Origin: Shigella phage Henu11
Length of the DNA stretch: 64,000 nucleotides
Direction: 5' to 3' (one strand)
Sequence record: OM953433
The notes under the pieces are model-generated. The model did no database searches and had not been told where the DNA came from. It worked only from the letters and a program-made list of their open reading frames with translations. Shown here piece by piece: positions 59,885-64,000 of this stretch; position 1 is the stretch's first letter, and the number at the start of each line of letters is the position of its first letter. Made by a program: the position numbers and the translations under genes.

Positions 59885-60784
59885 CTACTTACCTACTGAT
59901 AAAGGTGCTTCAATCTTACCAGCATGTTTATACCCTTTCAACCCACCTAGAAAGTCATCTGCTGTCATATGTCTCAAGTCTTCAAGAGACTTCAAATCTT
60001 GATGAATTTCAAACTTAGGTGCTGGAAACTCTTCATTACCAAGAAGTTGAAAAACCTGCGACATATGGTTCTGGTATATTTGAGTATCACCATAAGTCCC
60101 TATCAGATATCGCGGTGTATATCCCGTCAGTTTACACAACACTTCCAAGATAAAGGCATAGGAAGCGATGTTAAACGGTAACCCTAAGAACGTATCACAA
60201 GAACGCTGATACCATTTCAAATCCACCTCATTAGTGTTCGAGATATAAATCTGAAAAAGTACATGACAAGGTGCTAATGCCATAGAGTTACTTGAGATAT
60301 CTGCTGCATTCCATGCGTTAACGAGCATGTAACGGTCTGTAGGGGACTTTCTCATCTTCTCTACAAGATTACTCAACTGGTCTACAACAACGCCACCATG
60401 ACCTTCGTAGGCTCTCCATTGTACTCCGTAGATTCTTCCTCCAGCGTCCTCCAGCCAATCATTCTCTGTAGCATAGGTTGTTTTCAACCAACGTTTAAAA
60501 TCATCTGTCCAGATAGTCCAACGCTCTCCGTCGTTCTCCCCCCAAGTTCTGTAACGCAAATGGCCTAGTTGGTTTTCACCGTTCATAAACCATAATGCTT
60601 CACCGAGGACTTGACGCATAAATGTTTGTTTTGAGGTGATTAATGGGAATCCACTACGCATATCAAAACGGAACTCAGGTGGAGCAAAGGTCGAAATCAC
60701 TGAGCCAGTTCGGGTTTTACGCAACTCACCAACTGATAAAACATGGTTTAAAATAGCTTTGTAGCTTACATCTGCTTGTGACAT
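59885..60784 (-). CDS. thyA: thymidylate synthase
   Basis: ThyA signature LAPCHVLFQIY and YQRSCDTFLGLPFNIASYA. Confidence 0.9.
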   Translation of the reverse strand: MSQADVSYKAILNHVLSVGELRKTRTGSVISTFAPPEFRFDMRSGFPLITSKQTFMRQVLGEALWFMNGENQLGHLRYRTWGENDGERWTIWTDDFKRWLKTTYATENDWLEDAGGRIYGVQWRAYEGHGGVVVDQLSNLVEKMRKSPTDRYMLVNAWNAADISSNSMALAPCHVLFQIYISNTNEVDLKWYQRSCDTFLGLPFNIASYAFILEVLCKLTGYTPRYLIGTYGDTQIYQNHMSQVFQLLGNEEFPAPKFEIHQDLKSLEDLRHMTADDFLGGLKGYKHAGKIEAPLSVGK

Positions 60785-60785
60785 A

Positions 60786-61331
60786 TTAGAAACGTCCTCT
60801 TACTTGTGGAACATAGGTATCAAACACCACAGACTTATCTTCTGAGGGTTTGGACTGTACTTTAGCAAATAACTCTGTGTCATACAAGTACTGGAAGAAA
60901 CCCTCATAAGGTAGCTTGACAGTAGCCTCTTCAGTAACTTCCTTAATAACACTGTGGAAAACTACGTCAGCATACGGCAAAGCTGAGATTAAGATATTGG
61001 CTCCACCGATTACTAAAACATCTTCATCAATAGAACTATCAATATACTTTAGGAAAGCCCCAAAAGCTTCAGACTTAACTTTTGCTTTGCAATGAGAATC
61101 ATCTTTAAAGTCCAGACCATAAAAGTCAAGAGAGTTTGTCAAGACAAGGTTCTCACGGTTTGGCAAAGGTTTGCTCCCAAGAGTCTTCCAAGTTTCGCTA
61201 CCCACCAAGACTAACTGGTTAATAGTCTGCTTCTTAAACTCTGCCATATCTTGTTTATTACGAGGCCAAGGCATTCCAGTAGCTGTGCCAAATTCCCCGT
61301 TAATACCACTTGCAAAAATTAGCTTAATCAT
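60786..61331 (-). CDS. folA: dihydrofolate reductase
   Basis: DHFR motifs GMPWP, LVLVGSETW, PLPNRENLVLT; adjacent to thyA. Confidence 0.8.
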   Translation of the reverse strand: MIKLIFASGINGEFGTATGMPWPRNKQDMAEFKKQTINQLVLVGSETWKTLGSKPLPNRENLVLTNSLDFYGLDFKDDSHCKAKVKSEAFGAFLKYIDSSIDEDVLVIGGANILISALPYADVVFHSVIKEVTEEATVKLPYEGFFQYLYDTELFAKVQSKPSEDKSVVFDTYVPQVRGRF

Positions 61332-61600
61332 TTTGTAAATCCTTTGATAATGAACCAGTTCAGAACACGCTTCACAATCCTGTTCGGATGGTAAATAAGG
61401 TGAGGTTGTGGTTCATAACTTCCATAAGCCCAAAAAGATAAAATCTTTCCACATCCACAGCAACGGGTGTACTCTTCAGCGATGTTGCCAGAGACAATCT
61501 CTGAAACTTCACCTTGGAAGTTCTCACCTCCACAATGGCAGCATTTAACTGGCTCACCATCATTCATGTAACACTGTGATACTCCGCTTAAGATTTTCAT
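61328..61600 (-). CDS. small Cys-rich (zinc-ribbon-like) protein
   Basis: ORF track; CCHCGG...CCGCGK. Confidence 0.45.
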   Translation of the reverse strand: MKILSGVSQCYMNDGEPVKCCHCGGENFQGEVSEIVSGNIAEEYTRCCGCGKILSFWAYGSYEPQPHLIYHPNRIVKRVLNWFIIKGFTK

Positions 61601-62112
61601 TTTTTGTTTACCTTAAAAGTGCGTTCAAATTTTAGTATGAAATCAAGGTCATCAACTTCACTTGACAGGAAATCTTCAAAGTGTTTTGGAACAAAGTCTA
61701 AGAAACTCATAGAACCAAAGTCACCTGTCAGTTTGATAGTCCCTTGTTCATACTCAGCAGTTACTACATGACCACCTTCGGTCTGCTTAACAATCTCTAC
61801 AATATCAGCTATGAAGATGTTTAGCAATGCTTTAAAGCTTCTTGGATACTGTATGTCTGAGTAGAGTTCAATACTTGGCTCCAGATTAACTTCAATAGAA
61901 CGACTGTCACGTAGCTCTGGAGTAAATAAGTGAGCAGGAAGAACACACAGAGAGTCAGCAGTGTCTTCATCAATGAACTCAATAGTTCCTGCATCATAGT
62001 TAGTGTCAATCAAGAATGTCTTCTCAGTATGATTTGTAGCTTTCATATGCTCAGACAACATTGATTTCAAGAACTCTGCTTCAGGCTGGCAAAAGGTAAT
62101 TCCAATTTTCAT
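61597..62112 (-). CDS. hypothetical protein
   Basis: ORF track 171 aa. Confidence 0.55.
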   Translation of the reverse strand: MKIGITFCQPEAEFLKSMLSEHMKATNHTEKTFLIDTNYDAGTIEFIDEDTADSLCVLPAHLFTPELRDSRSIEVNLEPSIELYSDIQYPRSFKALLNIFIADIVEIVKQTEGGHVVTAEYEQGTIKLTGDFGSMSFLDFVPKHFEDFLSSEVDDLDFILKFERTFKVNKK

Positions 62113-62113
62113 G

Positions 62114-62617
62114 TTAAACCTCTACAAAAGTATCCTTGTCATTATCGTACTTGAAGAATTTTATACACTTTTGTGTATTCCAGTCAACCTTTTCATCATA
62201 AGCAAGACCTTTTGCTACACGCTTTCCAATAGTCTGTATGATGATTTCACGGAGTTTCATATACTCCTTCCAAGCTCTGGAGCCAATAGTTATATTATAT
62301 TTGTTATAACTATCAATTGCTTGTTCGTTATAGCGTATCTCCATAGGGCTTGCAGGCTTGTACAGATGGGGTAGTAAATCCCAACCCATATGCCCTTCTT
62401 CTTTGGCTAGTTCTAGTTGGTGAAGATATTCATTCAACCGTCCATCTTCCTCAAGCCACCTGTGAAGTGTCTGCAAGCCTAAGATGTTGTTGTTAAAGTG
62501 TGATGCACGTTTCACAGAACCTAAATCACAACGATAATCTGACTTTGGTAGTGATAGTATGCTGCCTTGCAATACACTGTACCCAAAGTATAAATCGAGT
62601 TTTAAGGGAAGAGACAT
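62114..62617 (-). CDS. hypothetical protein
   Basis: ORF track 167 aa. Confidence 0.55.
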   Translation of the reverse strand: MSLPLKLDLYFGYSVLQGSILSLPKSDYRCDLGSVKRASHFNNNILGLQTLHRWLEEDGRLNEYLHQLELAKEEGHMGWDLLPHLYKPASPMEIRYNEQAIDSYNKYNITIGSRAWKEYMKLREIIIQTIGKRVAKGLAYDEKVDWNTQKCIKFFKYDNDKDTFVEV

Positions 62618-62961
62618 TTGATATCCTCATTTTTAAACACAAAAGTTGTGTAGTTGTGACCATCAACATCTAACCAGACAGCCTTGACTTCAACACCATC
62701 TAGGTTATCTGACAACTCTTTGATGAAGTGGTCTCGTACCTTTTTAGCACTTGTAGTTTCAAGTTTGATGTTAGAGATTGCAGAGCCAATTGCCATATAA
62801 CCTCTTACACGGTTTGCTTCAGTATGCTTCATACCACCAGTTGTGTAAACCTCTTTCAAGGTCTCCAGAATTGCATTACCATAAAGTTTCTCTGCTGGAG
62901 TTGGTTTACCATAGAAGCCAATTGCAAAGTTATCATTAAAGATTGCATTTTCACGTTTCAT
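62602..62961 (-). CDS. hypothetical protein
   Basis: ORF track 119 aa. Confidence 0.5.
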   Translation of the reverse strand: MKRENAIFNDNFAIGFYGKPTPAEKLYGNAILETLKEVYTTGGMKHTEANRVRGYMAIGSAISNIKLETTSAKKVRDHFIKELSDNLDGVEVKAVWLDVDGHNYTTFVFKNEDIKCLFP

Positions 62962-62962
62962 A

Positions 62963-63262
62963 TTAATCTGCCAGCCTTAAGTTAAAATTTACACCAAGTT
63001 TTGTACAAGCATTAAGCATGTACTCTAAAGAAATCTTTTGAGGGTCGTTAATGATATTTGACACACGACTCTGCGAGATTTCACAAACAGTTGCTACTTG
63101 AGCCTGAGAAAGTTTTAGCTTCTCAATCTCTTTAAAGAATCTGAAAGATACAAAGTCTTTCATCTCTTCTATATCCATTGGACAGACATAACTCTCCATT
63201 TCAGCCTCTCTATCAGCCTCCCAAGAATCTTGAGGTGCATATGGGTCAAAGACTTCATTCAT
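62963..63262 (-). CDS. helix-turn-helix DNA-binding protein (XRE-like)
   Basis: HTH-like segment LSQAQVATVCEISQSRVSNII. Confidence 0.5.
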   Translation of the reverse strand: MNEVFDPYAPQDSWEADREAEMESYVCPMDIEEMKDFVSFRFFKEIEKLKLSQAQVATVCEISQSRVSNIINDPQKISLEYMLNACTKLGVNFNLRLAD

Positions 63263-63458
63263 CTTTCTTTCTCCGTTTTCGAGAAGTGTCTATTAACGAA
63301 TCAAGATTAGTTGCTCTGACGTTTTCACGAGTCCCATTAATGTAGTTATCTAAAGATTCTACAACGGTTGCAAAATCATTAGCCCAAACTCTGTAAATAA
63401 CTACTCCGTCATCATCGACCACTTCACCATAGTCTGTTCTACAGATGTTCTTCTTCAT
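63255..63458 (-). CDS. hypothetical small protein
   Basis: ORF track 67 aa. Confidence 0.45.
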   Translation of the reverse strand: MKKNICRTDYGEVVDDDGVVIYRVWANDFATVVESLDNYINGTRENVRATNLDSLIDTSRKRRKKDE

Positions 63459-63460
63459 GA

Positions 63461-63847
63461 TTATAAACCCATGCAGTGACGATTTTCAATAAAGTATTGA
63501 ACACCTTTGAAAGACTCACGCATAAAGTTGTCTTTCACATCTTCTACAGTCTCAATACCTTTGCTATCAAGAAGGTCAACGTTCTGAGTGACCATCTCAT
63601 CTGCTAATCTGTCATAGTAATCTCCCATAAAATGGTAGTTGTAGTCAACCATCTTATCAGTCATTTCTTGAACAGTCTGAGCAGACAACGGTTTAGTCAA
63701 CTCTCCAGCATTTGAAGCGATTTTCTGTACAATCTTACAAGATTCTAAAGCGATACCATTAAAGTTTGCTTCAGGCATCTTCATAGCTGCTGCACTAAAA
63801 CTCATACCAAGAGCAATGACACCAACAAGTAACTTTTTCATAAACAC
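63461..63847 (-). CDS. secreted/periplasmic protein (signal peptide)
   Basis: ORF track; N-terminal MKKLLVGVIALGMSFSAAA. Confidence 0.5.
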   Translation of the reverse strand: MFMKKLLVGVIALGMSFSAAAMKMPEANFNGIALESCKIVQKIASNAGELTKPLSAQTVQEMTDKMVDYNYHFMGDYYDRLADEMVTQNVDLLDSKGIETVEDVKDNFMRESFKGVQYFIENRHCMGL

Positions 63848-63865
63848 CCCCGAGGTTTCTGACGG

Positions 63866-63907
63866 GTTCCTATATAATTTTCTATATAGGTAGTATACCC
63901 GTCAGGT
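63866..63907. promoter_or_regulatory. nested palindrome, candidate operator upstream of the minus-strand block
   Basis: ctgacgggt...acccgtcag enclosing cctatata-N-tatatagg. Confidence 0.4.
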
Positions 63908-64000
63908 TACTCATGTCAACAATTTTATACTAAATACATTCTAACTGCTGCATTTACTGCAAATGACAACAGAGTAAGGGCTAAGGCTGCTTTGTATGTT

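Overview
AT-rich (roughly 40% GC by eye), densely coding segment of a virulent tailed-phage genome. No tools were run: all calls come from reading the sequence and the supplied ORF track; protein functions are motif recognition from memory, tRNAs were folded by hand, and no database search was done. Layout: (1) 1-18.8 kb, plus strand: early and metabolic genes (a PRPP-synthetase-like gene next to a Nampt-like gene, rIIA/rIIB, a macro-domain-like protein) followed by about 17 small ORFs, most carrying a near-identical leader; (2) 18.86-20.36 kb: an ORF-poor, repeat-dense gap between converging transcription units, bounded by opposing terminators; (3) 20.4-28.0 kb, minus strand: small genes plus a GH24 endolysin; (4) 28.4-59.8 kb, plus strand: a DUF2828/vWA protein, a 5.4 kb tRNA island (27 tRNA candidates with anticodons for all 20 amino acids, an HNH endonuclease, repeated structured non-tRNA elements), then terminase, portal, S49 protease, lambda D/E-like decoration and capsid proteins, contractile-tail and baseplate genes with a -1 frameshift chaperone pair, and two His-rich tail fibres; (5) 59.9-63.8 kb, minus strand: thymidylate synthase, DHFR, an HTH regulator. 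Gene content resembles Felix O1-like myoviruses (unverified). Best leads for something undescribed: the iteron-dense gap at 18.9-20.3 kb, the Ro60-like DUF2828/vWA gene beside tRNA-like structured RNA elements, the Prs-like/Nampt-like NAD+ module, and the leader-cassette gene array.
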